64,000 nt of DNA, taken from positions 38,048,001 to 38,112,000 of the forward strand of contig CP068257.2 in the NCBI GenBank assembly GCA_009914755.4, read 5' to 3'. This DNA comes from the human T2T-CHM13v2.0 reference genome, Homo sapiens. A model generated the notes under the pieces. The model ran no database searches. It was not told the origin of the DNA and saw only the letters and a program-made list of their open reading frames with translations. This document shows positions 11,900-25,477 of the stretch, piece by piece. The position numbers and the translations under genes are program-made. Positions within the stretch are counted from its first letter, which is position 1. Each line of letters starts with the position of its first letter.

Positions 11900-12140
11900 C
11901 CCCTCTGTGAGTACCTCTTGCACCCTCGCCTTGTTCCTTCAGTGTGCTCTATTTTCTTCATGTCACTCATCCCTGCCCACATTTTACTGGACACTTATGC
12001 ATCTCTTGTCTCTCCCTATGGACTGTAAGCTCCATGAGTGCAAACACTGCCTTCCTGCCCACACTCCACGGCATTTACACGGCATTTACAGCGGCGCCTC
12101 CCACCCAGCAATCCATTTTTCTGAACAAATGGATGAGCCT
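11900..12140 (+). mobile_element. L2/MIR 3' tail fragment
   Basis: ggactgtaagctccatgagtgcaaacactgcc ... ctgaacaaatggatgag resembles the L2/MIR terminus (tgtaagctccatgagggcag ... ttgttgaatgaatga). Diverged. Confidence 0.35.
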
Positions 12141-12299
12141 GTGGTTTGAAGGACTTGAGTCTGAGAGCGTTTGACTTTAGGAGCTGGAGGGTGGGTCTGT
12201 GACTGCACTGGCGAGGACTACCTGGTGGAGGGGCTGCTGAGTGGGCCCAGCCAGGAGAGGGTGTAAGGAAAGAGAGCAGCGGTACCTGCCTCCCGTCAC

Positions 12300-13190
12300 G
12301 CAGTGTCTTGGAAGAATGAATGTGGGGACGTATTTCATTTCATGCCATTTGAATAGCTACTAGAATTATCCCCACTTTACAACAGACACAAGTGGCCTGC
12401 GTTAGATTATTAAGGACGCCAAAGGAGAAATAAACCGTGACATCAGCCATTCCCTCTACATGGCCTGATGACTTTCTCTAGCCATACAGCATAATGATCG
12501 AACAAAGAAATGCCCTCATTGTCATGAGGTCCTTATGCAATTGTGCTATCCTGTGAAGAACCACCAGGTAGGTACAGGAAGGAATCACTTTGGCAGAAAA
12601 CCGCAAGACAACACACTTCTGACTGTCTTTAGGTTTCTAGGTAATTGCAGTTTGCATGTTCAGACTTACAGCGCCTCTGAACCACGACGAAACATTCTTT
12701 TCGTCAGGCATCCGTGGCCAGGAACATTGTCTCTGGCAGGCCTCTCCCAGCTCTCAGATGACAGATGCGTCTGTTTATTCTCTGGTTGTTTGAACAGTGC
12801 TGCGGCCCTGCAGGCTTTTCTGGGGCACTGTCCTTTGTCAGTGCAGATGGAGACTGGAGCTCAACAATTAGATTCCCTTCAGTGATGAGAACCTGGCTGC
12901 ACTTCAGTTCAGAGAATATTTCTGATCAGTGCTTTTAGCAGCGATGCTTTGGGTAATGCTTGCTCATCTCAGGAAAGAAACAAGAGCGTCAGACAGGGGA
13001 GGAACCCTGGAGATCCCCTGGCCCAACCTCTCTATTGTACAGAGGACGAAAAGCACTCACAGCTGCCTTGTCCACAGGAAACGGTGTCAGAAACAAAGCC
13101 TTCCTACTCATGTCTCTGTAATTTTAGCTGTTTCTAGATATTGAATGCCACAATAAATAGCACGTAAGATGTTACATTGAAAAACGAAAC
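12300..13190. promoter_or_regulatory. CpG-retaining unique segment (candidate conserved non-coding block)
   Basis: About 22 CpGs in 890 bp at about 45% GC (obs/exp about 0.5), e.g. cagcgcctctgaaccacgacgaaacattcttttcgtcaggcatccgtggcc. No repeat similarity. Contains a cag|gtaggt donor-like site at 12569 but no supporting exon frame. Confidence 0.2.
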
Positions 13191-13193
13191 CTT

Positions 13194-13530
<337 letters not shown>

Positions 13531-13864
13531 TCAGAGAAGACCGTAGTTAAGACTGTATATAAGAGCAGAAAAAACCATTCTATCCAGAGGCTCAGAAAGT
13601 TTACTTTTTTGCCCAAGTCATACAGCTAGAAATTGACCCTGGAGTTTTAACTTCAACTTTACTGCATTACAGCCTAGAATTCAAAAATAGACCCAAAGGT
13701 GTACATCTTAAAGGAGGCACGCTGTAATTCTATGCTCAGACTTCCAGTCGCGTACTGACTTGCACTTGCTAAGCATTCATCAACGCATTTTAGTTGGATG
13801 CCTATCATGCATCACAGCTCCTGGTGTCATGAACTTCTTTTCTGTTTAAGAAAGTGGTTTGTAA

Positions 13865-14248
<384 letters not shown>

Positions 14249-14470
14249 TGAGAGGCCAGGAAAGCTTTCCAGAGAAAGTGAAGTCTAACCTGAAACCTAA
14301 GTAAGACCTAGTCACATGGGAGGAGAAGGGGGCTCCATGGAGAGAGGCCAGCGTGTGAAAAGAAGCAAGGGGGTGGGGAGCTGAAGCAGGGGGCGGGGGA
14401 AGGCATGAGGTTCAACACAGCAGGAGCACTGAGTCCAAAGTGGTAGGATGCAGAGATGAGGCCTGTTGTG

Positions 14471-14760
14471 GACTGAATGTGCCCCTCTCAGATTCGTATG
14501 TTGAAGCCCTAATCAGTAGTGTAATGGTATTAGGAGATGGGGCCTTTGGGAGTTAATTCAGTTATGGGGGTGGAGCCCTCATAAATGCAATAGGTGCCTT
14601 TATAAGAAGAAACACAAGAGAAATGACCTCTCTCCCTGCCATATGAGGGCAGGGCAAGAAGGCCAAAAAGGTGACTATCTGCAAACCAGGAAGAGTGGGG
14701 ACCATGGCATGCTATAGAGAATACTAAGGACACAGGGCAAAAAATCTGGTGGCAGAAATC
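14471..14760 (+). mobile_element. MaLR LTR fragment (MST-like), forward orientation
   Basis: gattcgtatgttgaagccctaatcagtagtgtaatggtattaggagatggggcctttgggagttaattcagttatgggggtggagccctcataaatgcaataggtgcctttataagaagaaacacaagag...ctctccctgccatatgagggcagggcaagaaggc. Confidence 0.45.
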
Positions 14761-16253
14761 CAGGCTGCAAACTGACTATTGGTTTTAGTCTTAGCTCTGG
14801 ACCTCGCACTTTAAGCAAGAGACTTAGTCTCTCTAAGACTGGGTGCCTACAAATTTTTTTTTTTTTAATCAGCAAAATAAAGATAACTATCCTTTCCTTA
14901 CCATTCACCCAGCGATACTGTTGTCCCATAAAACCACCTGTGCATAAAAAAGAAAAGCATCCCTTTCTTCTGGCTCTTCAGCTGGGTGTCCTTGGGAAGG
15001 GGACCTCCTGCATGAGCTTCGGTGATGGCTGCATGAGTTAGCTAATGCTATGTAATGAATTACCACTCCAGTAGCTGAAACCAACATTTATCATTGCAGA
15101 ATTTCTTTGAGACTCTAGGCATGGTTAGCTGGGTGTCTCTGGCACGGGGTTTTTCACAAGGCTGCAGACAAAGTGTTGGCTGGTGGCTCATCTGAAGGCT
15201 TGACTGGGGATGGGTCCTCTTCCCAGCACACCCAGTGTTGTTGGCAGGACTTAGTTCTGTATTAGTTGTCTCTCTCTACCAGAGAGAGACAGCACCAGCA
15301 GGAGATGTATTTCTATCCATATCTGTATTTGTAGCTCTACCTCGATGTCTTTATTGCAAGGAATTGGCTTGTGCAATTATAGTTATTGGCCTGACAGGTC
15401 TGAAACCCACAGGGCAGGCCATCAGGAAGGGCAGGCTGGAATCCTTTCGATGCTGCAGTCTGCAGGTAGAATTTCTTATTTCTCAAAGGAGCTGCAATTC
15501 TGTTTTTTAAGAACTTCTGGTTGATTGGCTTAGGCCCACCCACATTATCCAGGATAACCTCTCTTGTATAAAGTCAACTGATTGTAGATGTTAACCACAT
15601 CTACAGAATAGCTTCACAGCAACACTTAAGCTAGGGTCATATCAAATCATGGGGACTGTAGCCTGGCCATAAGGACACACCAGCCTGATCATTACAAGTT
15701 CGTTTCTTTGCGGGTGTGAAACTGAGGGTCTCAGTTCCTTACTGGCTGTCAACAGAGTCCACCCTCAGTTCCCTGTCAGGTAGCTCCCCACACTCAGCTC
15801 ACAACACAGCAGGTGGTGAGTCCATGCAAGGCCCACATCACAATCTTCTGTAGCCTGACCATGTAAGATGCAATGACCTCTTGTTTCTCTTGTTGGATTC
15901 TGTTCATTAGAAGTAAATCTCCTGGTCCCACCCCTACTCAGGGGGAGAGGTTTGCTTCAGGGCCGTGAGTAGAAGTCTGCAATCACAGTGGCCCTACTCA
16001 GTCATTTCTGGGGAAAGTATCTGAGATGATATGTGTGAAATAATTGTGTGAGCCTGTATGTAAATATTAGCTAGAACCACAGGAAATTGTTTATTTTTCA
16101 CCTACAAAAATGGCTCACCTAATGTAAATGATTATAGTAACATAGGGGACTGAGAGGGCATAAAACGACTTTATAATATTGGGGGGGACCAGGCAAGAAT
16201 GAAATCTTGGCTAAATGGCAACTAAAACAGACAGAACCTGGGGATAGACAGGG

Positions 16254-16254
<1 letters not shown>

Positions 16255-16313
<59 letters not shown>
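16255..16313. repeat. (GA)n dinucleotide microsatellite, about 29 units, pure
   Basis: Read directly: uninterrupted gagagaga... Confidence 0.95.
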
Positions 16314-16316
<3 letters not shown>

Positions 16317-16361
16317 AGGTGCTGCTGATCGTAGTAGGTTTGCATTGGGCTTATTTTTCTT

Positions 16362-16705
16362 TCTATATATTGTCTATCATCTATCTATTTTCTATCTATC
16401 TATCATCTATCTATCTATCATCTATCTATCATCTATCATCTATCTATCTATCATCTACCTATCATCTATCTATCTATCAATCATCTATCTATCATCTATC
16501 TATATCTATCATCTATGTATCTATCATCTATCTATCATCTATCTATCATCTATCTTCATCATCATCATCTATGTGTTATCTATCTTCATCATCATCTATG
16601 TGTTATCTATCTTCATCATCATCATCTATGTGTCATCTATCTATCTGCCTACCAATCTATCTAATCTGTCTTGTCATCTATCATCTATGTATTAATCTAT
16701 TACGC
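16362..16705. repeat. Complex tetranucleotide array (TCTA/ATCT)n interrupted by (ATC)n and TCTG variants
   Basis: Read directly: ctatctatcatctatctatctatcatctatc..., about 340 bp. Confidence 0.9.
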
Positions 16706-17285
16706 ATTTTGTACTGGTCAGATGCTAGGCTTTATTTGAGCCTACAGTCATGCACCATGTAACAATGTTTTGATCACGATGAACTGCCTATATGATGGTG
16801 GTTCCATAAGATTATAATGTAGCTGAAAAATTCCCATGGCCTAGTGACATCATAGCTGTTGTAACATTGTAGCTCACTGAGTTTGTGGTGATGCTGGTGT
16901 AACCTGCTGGGCTGCTGGTTGTATAAAAGTCTAGCACACACAATTATGTAAGATATATAATACTTGCTAATGATAATAAACAGCGATATTACTGGTTTAT
17001 ATATTTACTACGCTATACTTTTTATCTCTTAGAGGGTACTCTTTTACTTATATTAAGAAAGGTAACGATAAAACAGCCTCAGGCAGGTCCTTCAGGAGGT
17101 ATCCAGAAGAAGGCATTGTTATCATCGGAGATGGCTGCTCCATGCCAGTGGGACAAGATGTGCAGGTGGAAGACAGTGATATGGATGATTCTGACCTTGT
17201 GTAGGCCTAGGCTAATGTGTATGTTTGAGTCTTCGTTTTTAACAAAAAATTTAAAAAGTAAAAAAGCAAAATTAAAAATTAATAA

Positions 17286-17660
<375 letters not shown>

Positions 17661-18856
17661 TTAAAAAATTAAAAAGCTTATATAGTAAAAATGTTACAGC
17701 AAGCAGGGGTGAATTTATTACTGAAGAAAGAAAAATATTTTTATAAGTTTAGGGTAGGCTAAGTGTAAGTACACTCTATGATGTTCTCACGACAAAATTG
17801 CCTAAGAACACATTTCTTTGAATATGTCCCTGTTGTTATGCAACACGACTCTATTTACAATGCAACACAAGGCCAGTGCTTTAGAAATGTTTTGTCTGTA
17901 CCTTGAGAAATGAATTTGTTCTACATTTGTAGCACACTGCCTGTGAGATAATAGTGGTGATTGTGTAATTCAAAAATGACTACCCGTAGATGGTACAAAG
18001 GAATGAGTTGGATAGATGAGTTAGAATCTAAACCTCTCTGAGAACATCTTGTTTTGTAAATTTGACTTTGTAACAATATGAATATTTTTATGATTATACA
18101 CCAAAATAAAAAAGTAATTTCCAAAGTTTATTGAAAAAAACAAAATAAAACAAATGAACTTCGCTGTGTATTGACTTTGTAGTATGGTAACATATGGTTT
18201 CACAGTATTTCAAGTGACTTTAAAACATGGTACCTTGCCTACCCTCAGTAGGATAAACCCTAAAAACAAAAAGAATGGCAAAAAAAAAAATACTTTAAAC
18301 TCCTTTCAGGGATCTTGTCTGTGGTGGTAGAGTTGATGTGGTCATTCCTAGACAATTATATCTGTAATGTGAAATGAAGCAAGTGAGTAATTACATTGAG
18401 AACCAGAATGTTCAGTGTTGCTGAGAGGAGATGCGAATGTAAGATCTATGAGGTTAAATAAACACTCTGTTGCTCCGAACTTGATTTGGCAATATCAAGC
18501 TACACTCATGATGTAATTTCTTTCTGTCTTAAAAACATTTCCTTATTTTTGTCTAGGCTACAGGACTAGAGACAATGAATAATCCTTCAGCAATGAAGAC
18601 TCTCACTGTCCATATTGTGCTAAAAAAAAAAAAAAAAACCCACAAACAAAACACACAATCTAGAGATCCTTGAAAAAATGGCTGATTTCAGAATTGAGGT
18701 AGAAATTGTAGAAGATAAGCTTGAAATATGTTATCCTACCAGAAAGCAGGCAAGCCAGCAAGCACTATGGGATCATGTCACAAAGACTCAGGAGCCTGTA
18801 GTCTATATAACAAGCCTGTAGTCTCATTACAATTAGTTGTAATAAGAATAATTAGA

Positions 18857-19166
18857 CTAGGTGTGGTGGCTCATGCCTGTAATCCCAACAATTTGGGAGC
18901 CCAAGGCAGGAGGATCACTTGAGTCTGGGGGTTCAAGACCAGCCTAGGCAATGTAGTGAGACCCCAATTCTACAAAAATAAAAAAAAAATTAGCCCAGGA
19001 TGGTGGCATGCAGCTGTGGTCCCAGCTACTTGAAAGGCTGAGGCAGGAAGCTCACTTGAGCCTGACAGGTCAAGGCTGCAGTGAGCCATGATCGGGCCAC
19101 GGTACTCTATGCTGGGCAGCAGAGTAAGACCCTGTCTCAAAAACAAACAAACAAACAAACAAACAT
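18857..19166 (+). mobile_element. Alu SINE with (CAAA)n-modified tail
   Basis: ctaggtgtggtggctcatgcctgtaatcccaacaatttgggagcccaaggcaggaggatcacttgag ... accctgtctcaaaaacaaacaaacaaacaaacaaaca. Confidence 0.9.
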
Positions 19167-19842
19167 CACTGCATTGGAATCCCATTAGTTGTCTAATGAT
19201 ACTAAAACACACACACACATCAGTCATATTTAGAAAATATCAGGGGACCAATTCACTATTTTTGGAAGTATAAACAAAGAGAAAGGGTATAACATGTATC
19301 CTGATTTTTCTGTATAAAATATACTGCATATCAGGGGTTGGAGAACCAGAGCTTGAGAGTCAAATTGGGCCTGCTGCTCTGTTTTTGTGAATAAAGTTTT
19401 ATTGGAACACAGTGGGTTTGTCTGTGGCCTCTCTCACACTATGGCAGTAGAGCTAAGTAGTTGCCAAAAAGACCATATGGCCCAGAAAGCCAAACATATT
19501 TATCATTGGGCCCTAATGTAGGTTGAACCCTGCCTTAGGGTATCTATATATTTGACGAGGGGAGCTATCCTTTTTTAAAAAATAATTTTTATTTTTAATT
19601 TTTGTGGGCACATAGTAGGCATATATATTTATCGGGTACATGAGATATTTTGATATAAAGGGAGCTATCTTTTAATAGCTGTATTGAAGATAATAAATAA
19701 AAAAGGAGTGATAGAATATCACCAGCTTGCAACTATTAATGCAAATAGGGGAACAAATTAATAATTATAAATGGTTGCTAATATTATTGAAGAGAGACAA
19801 CCAGATACTAAAGGCTTTCTGATAGAATTGCATGATACCACC

Positions 19843-20195
19843 TGCATTAGTCCGTTTTCATGCTGCTGATAAAGACATACCTGAAACTGGCAATTTATAA
19901 AAGAAAGAGGTTTAATTGAGCTTACAGTTCCACATCGCTGGGGAAGCCTCACAATCATGGTGGAAGGCAAGGAGGAGCAAATCATGTCTTACATGGATGG
20001 CAGTAGGCAAAGAGAAGCCTTGTGCAGGGAAACTCCCCCTTATAAAACCATCAAATCTCATGAGACTTATTCACTATCATGAGAACAGCATGGGAAAGAC
20101 CTGCCCCCATGATTCAATGACCTACCACCAGATCCTTCCCACAGCACATGGGAATTCAAGAAGAGATTTGGGTGGGGACACAGCCAAACCATATC
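19843..20195 (-). mobile_element. THE1-type (ERVL-MaLR) solo LTR, reverse orientation
   Basis: ctgcattagtccgttttcatgctgctgataaagacatacctgaaactggcaatttataaaagaaagaggtttaattgagcttacagttccacatcgctggggaagcctcacaatcatggtggaaggcaagg...gggaattcaagaagagatttgggtggggacacagccaaaccatatca is the reverse complement of the THE1 consensus (tgatatggtttggctgtgtcccc...ctaatacag). Confidence 0.6.
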
Positions 20196-20959
20196 ACCAC
20201 TTATGAAATATTCTTGCAAAAACAAAAACAAAAAAAAATCAAATCTAAATCAGGTCAGACTTTTATATCTAACTACCAATCTACAGGAAATCCAGGGGAC
20301 AGAAGAATCTCTTTACTAGCAACACAGGCAATCAGCAAAGTCTCGGATGGTGGGAAACTATGGGACAAACAACTGGGTTTCTTCCACAAATATATTGTAA
20401 GGAAAAGAGAATGCAGTGGTGGGATGGGGAGGAGCTTATGGATTAAGACAGAAAGAAAGCAACATTGTGGGCAATTGCAATTTATGGCTGTTTCTTATTT
20501 TCTGATTACAACACAAATACTCTGATAAAACATTTATAAGTGGGGAAATTAAACACATTCTAGATATTTGATAACATCACAGAATTATTGTTAAATTTTA
20601 GATGTGATAGTTGTATTATGGCTGTGTTTAAAAGAGTTCTTGTCTTTTACAGATGCATACTGGAATATTTATGAACAATAAAATATCTGGTATTTGCTTC
20701 CAAATAATTTGACATAATTGGAAGGAAGTGGGTGGGTATGTCAATGAAGCAGATAAGTTGATAATATTGAAGTTGGCTAATAGTTACATGTAGGGTTGTC
20801 ATACTATTTTCTCCACTTTTATATATGTATTAGTTTTCTGTGAGTGTTGTAAGAAATAACCACAAACTTGGTGACTTAAAACAAGGTTAAATTTATCTTA
20901 CAGTTCTGTAGATCAGAAGTCCAACATGAGTCTCATGGTGCTAAAATCATGGTGTCAGT

Positions 20960-21300
20960 AGGTGTCTTCGTCTGTTCTGTGCTGCTGTAACAATACCTGA
21001 GGCTGGGTAATGTATAATGAACAGAAACTTATTTCCAATAGTTTTAGAGATGGTAAAGTCCGAGATCAAGGGGCTGGCATCTGGTGAGGGTCTTCTTGCT
21101 GTGTCATCCCATAGCAGAAGTTAGAAGAGCAAGGAAGGGTAAGAGAGAGCAAGAGATCAAACTCAAAGACTCAAGCCCTTTTATAATCAACATTAATCCA
21201 TTCATGAGGGTGAAGCCCTCATTACCTAAATGCTTAAGGCCTACGTCTTAACACTGTTGCACTGGGGATTAAGTTTCCAACACATGCCTTTTGGGGACAT
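20960..21300 (-). mobile_element. MaLR LTR (MST/MLT-type), reverse orientation, with an extra partial copy at 20858-20960
   Basis: tcttcgtctgttctgtgctgctgtaacaatacctgaggctgggtaatgtataatgaac...ggtaaagtccgagatcaaggggctggcatctggtgagggtc...gcactggggattaagtttccaacacatgccttttggggacatagtctagc. Confidence 0.5.
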
Positions 21301-22539
21301 AGTCTAGCGATAGCGGTGGGCAGGGCTGCATTCCTTTCTGGAAGCTCTGGGGAGAATGTTTCCCTGCCTTTTCCAGCTTTTAGAGGCTGCATATTCCTAA
21401 ACTTGTGACCCTTTCTTTCACCTTCAAAGCCTCAAGGGCAGGTTGAGTCCTTCTTATGCTGCCATCTCTTTGGGTTCTCACCAGCCATGAAATATCCTCT
21501 GCTTTAAAAACCTCCTGTGGTTACACTGGGCTCACTGGTTAGTCCAGGATAATCTCCCCATCTCAAGGTCAGATGATTAGCAACCTTAATTTCCCTTTGC
21601 CATGTAATCTAACATATTCACAAAGTCTAGGAATTAGGGTGTAGATATCTTTGGCGGATGGAATTATTCTGCCTGCTACATTATATGTTAGGCATTTTCC
21701 ACAATAGAATGTAGAAAACAATATACAAAAGTTACCTGAGGAAAAGCACACCCTTCATTTTTTTCTTTAGACTGTGTTTATTAATTGTCTGCACAACCAA
21801 TTAAGTTTAGAGCAAAAGTTGAACATGGTCCATGGTAATAAGGATATTAACTTTGCCCTATTTATGACACCAAGAGGAAAATGCAGATGTTGTAATCTCA
21901 TCACTATGTAGATTGCATCTAAAGCATTGAATAGAAAGAGGAACCATTATAGGATGATGCTACAGATAAAATTTAGTTTGCCTAATTTATTATCTTGTTT
22001 TCAAAGCAAAACTGTAACGTGGTGGTGAGTTATATAAAAAGAAGCTAATTGGTAGGAAAAAGTCAATTAAAAATAGCACTTTACCATTATAAAACATTTG
22101 TACTCATTCTCATTCAGCTTCACAACAACCCTTCTGTTGGGCAGGATATGTGTACTTTTTTCCTTTTGTAGGTGAAGAAGTTAATTGAGACTCTGGAAGT
22201 AAGGATTTGTTTTAACTTTTCTCCGTTAACTGGCAAGATGAGGAGCGGGACCCAGCTCTTTTGATTCCACTGCACCAAATTGCCTTGGTAACCACCAGAG
22301 AAACGCTGGGATGTGTTCCGAATACTCTGTTTATTAAGAAAAAGATGGGTGTAACTCCATATTAAATTTTCCATAAACACTAGATACACCAGGTATAAAA
22401 TTTAAGGTATCCGTTTAATGGTCACTGACATTGGGAATTCTCCCCAGCAGCCCTTCCTGCTCAGCTCTCACATCAACCTATGAACTCTGACTGTGAACTC
22501 CCAGTGCAGCTTTTTTATTTCCCAATTAATAGAAATAGC

Positions 22540-23900
22540 ATCACTAAATCCCATAAGTTTCCTTTTCCGTGTACAATAGAAGATGGCGTTTCCCAGCGAT
22601 GCCTGCAATTAAGCTGAGGCCATGTGACTGGTTCTAACCAATAGGTTGCAAGGAGAGAGTCAGGCGTGGCTTCTGGATTGAAACATGGAAGAGCAAGTGT
22701 GAATTCTCCTTACTTTTTTTTTTCCGCCCTTAGTGGTGATTTCTGAGGTCACTTGTTGACATGGTAGAGCCCCAGGTTGGAAGTGGCTTAGGTCTTAGTG
22801 AACCACTGAGGTACTATTTAACGCCAGTATCAGAGATGTTAACACCATAATTAAGAGTTAACCAATTATGAAACAGCGTGTGTTTCCGCTACAAAATCTG
22901 AGACTCTCGTAGCGGGCAGGGGTGTGTATTCAAGTTAATATTTCTTTGTTCTACAGTCTGACATCAATATATCTTATTTTCTTATTAAGGATTCTTATTG
23001 CCATTAAAGAAAAAAATTGCTTGGCAAAGATGAAAATAAATAGAGACTAAGCAATATTTGTAGCTTGTGAGAATTATAAAGACAGGACAAAATAATAATA
23101 TAACTGGATGAGAAAGATAAGAGTGCGTGTTAGAGATTTGCGCTGTCATGGGCAGTTATGCCTCTTTAGGCGAGCAAATTGTGCTTGTTGCAGTGAGATT
23201 GGTGAGATGTAGGCCCGTTCTGACTGTGGATGGCAGCATGGCTTTCCACCCCAGCCAGACACAAAGGGCACAAGGTGGGGCAGGTGACCTACAGCCCTTG
23301 GACTGTGTCACTCTAGGGAACCTCTGCTCAGTCAGCCGTTCAGTTTACAAACCTTAGATTAAGACCTTTGAAAACAAGATGAATGGTAAGGAAGTTTTCT
23401 CCCAGCAACAATGCAATAAACTGAAATTAAAATAGATAATCTAACATCTTATGTTTGTGTACTGTTAATGATTTACAAAGCATTTTTTCTTTTTGTGCCT
23501 CAGGATTACTCTGAGAGGTGGTGGGCAGAGCGATTAAACCCCCATTTCCTGGGAGGGTGCGTAGGATTCGCCTTCATGTCCCTTCCTGGCTTTACTTAGC
23601 ACTCCACACTCTTTTCCTTGTTTGTTCATTTACACATAACGCTTTGGCAAATTGTTCTCCACGCAGAGTGTGTTAAGCTCAGTTCGTAACTCATGAACTC
23701 CTGTAGATTCCCCAGCTGCCCTTGCAATTAGTTTGGGACCAACTCCTACTGGCCGTTGACTTAAGATAGAAGGCAATTAAAAGCCACTGTGCCCTGTCCA
23801 ACCTTTTCCCCGCTGAGCTGACCTTGGAGGCTGTGTATTCCAGTTGACAGTGTAGCCCACGGCCTCCATCGGCCTTAGGAATCAGAAATTAGCCTTTCCT
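22540..23900. promoter_or_regulatory. Repeat-free, CpG-retaining block with homeodomain-type motifs (candidate cluster of conserved non-coding elements)
   Basis: No Alu, L1, MIR or LTR similarity across about 1.4 kb. CpG obs/exp about 0.5. Motifs gcaattaagctgagg, ccaatagg, ccaattatgaaacagcgtg, gcaattagtttggg and gcaattaaaagcc. Perfect 7-bp inverted repeat ccgctac-N26-gtagcgg at 22886-22925. Confidence 0.25.
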
Positions 23901-25432
23901 GTGTGAAGACACTGACATTTCAGGGTTTATTCTGTGGTTTCATCATAACACATCCTATCCTGATTAATAAAATTACTTACTCTCCACACCTTCTAAGTGT
24001 ATCATTAAGAGATGTTTCTAAGAATCCTTAGAAATTGGGGCTCTGAAATTGGAATGCGGAAACACTCCAGAACACAATCAGTATCATTTCCACTTTTAAC
24101 TTTACATGAATTTTCCCATAGGCAGAATTTTATTTATTTTTTTATCAAAATCATACATTTACATAGTGTAAAATGTTACTAGTGCTATCAGGCTTATGAG
24201 TACTGACAGCAGCAGCTCTCTGCCCCAGCCCTTCTCTCCCAGGTCTGATTCCTTTCTGCGGTTTCCCCCGGCATTTATGTCTATATTTGTAAATAATACA
24301 CTTATCCTGCTGTGTCATGTTCTATTGTTTCAGATGTTTTCTATTGACTTTCCACTACTGCAGATGAGGATTCAGCCACCTTTTCCCCCTCACCACCACT
24401 GCGCCTCCCCCATCTTCTCATTATATCACAATTTTTGGCTAAATCTGAATTTACTATTTATTATTTATAACCATGTAAATATTGCTGACTGCTAGGACAA
24501 GTAGTGTGCTTTGATTACATATATTTTTTTTTCTGTGAAAGTTCCTCTTTATTTTTTATTTGCTTAGCTTGTGTATCAGTAATGCTTCCCCCTTCATTCA
24601 AGCACCGTCAGTTCTAGTTTCCACATGGCTGAAGGTCATGGATCATTTTCTGATTGGAGCCTGTGCTCATGGCACTTGCTCTTCCTCCCACAGTTGGATC
24701 TGGCTGGGTTGCTCCCCAGCTGCCATCCCAGATCTCATTTCCTGGAGTCCATGTCTACCTTCTTTTGGTTTATACTCTTTTGTGAATGGAGCACACCCTT
24801 TTGGAGTTTCCAGAGAAAAGGTGCATGACAGGTGAAACTTTTGATATCTTGCTAATGTGAAAATGTTTGCTGATATTGCTGTGAATAGCTTGACAGTTTG
24901 GATTTGGAAATGGAGTAGAAAATAATTTCCTTCCCAGTCCATCTCTGGAAGCACACACTGGGAGTGGTTGCCCTTGAGGAGGAAAACAGGTTAGGGATGG
25001 AGCGAGACTTACTTCACTATATAACTTTTTGTACTATTCAACTTTTAGAAACCATTTGTAGACACTGCTTTACGAAACTTAAATAGACATTAGTAAACAG
25101 AAATCATGAGCAATATGGAGAATATACTGCCCCCAGTTTACCATGTGCTGCATTGTATTTAATATTTAGTCCTATGAGCAATGCATTTATTGCCATGCAA
25201 GAATTTTAGCATTGAAAGGGTTTTCTATAGACCAGAAATGGTGCAAGCCCAAACATGATCATAATTGCATGTTATAATGGAAATTCATAACCTTGTTATC
25301 TCAGAGCTTTTAGAAAATTTGTGAAGATTTGGACATTTTAGGGAAAAGGAGCACATGTAAACCAAATTTTGGGCATCAAAGATGGAAGTAGATTGGTCTC
25401 CAACAGTTGTCCTGTATCCTGAAATTCTTACT

Positions 25433-25477
25433 GCCATTACCATTATCATTACCATTACCATTACCATTACCATTACT
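25433..25477. repeat. Hexanucleotide repeat (CCATTA)n with one CCATTA to TCATTA variant
   Basis: ccattaccattatcattaccattaccattaccattaccattac read directly. Confidence 0.85.

Noticed and set aside
16362-16705. Regularly spaced short repeats superficially reminiscent of an array structure
   Set aside because: The unit is 3-4 bp (TCTA/ATC) with no spacers, which makes it a eukaryotic STR and not CRISPR. The host is clearly primate.
16207-16762. 162-aa and 147-aa ORFs (…IYLSIIYLSSIYLS…); likewise 26338-26778
   Set aside because: These are direct translations of the TCTA/ATC microsatellite arrays, not genes.
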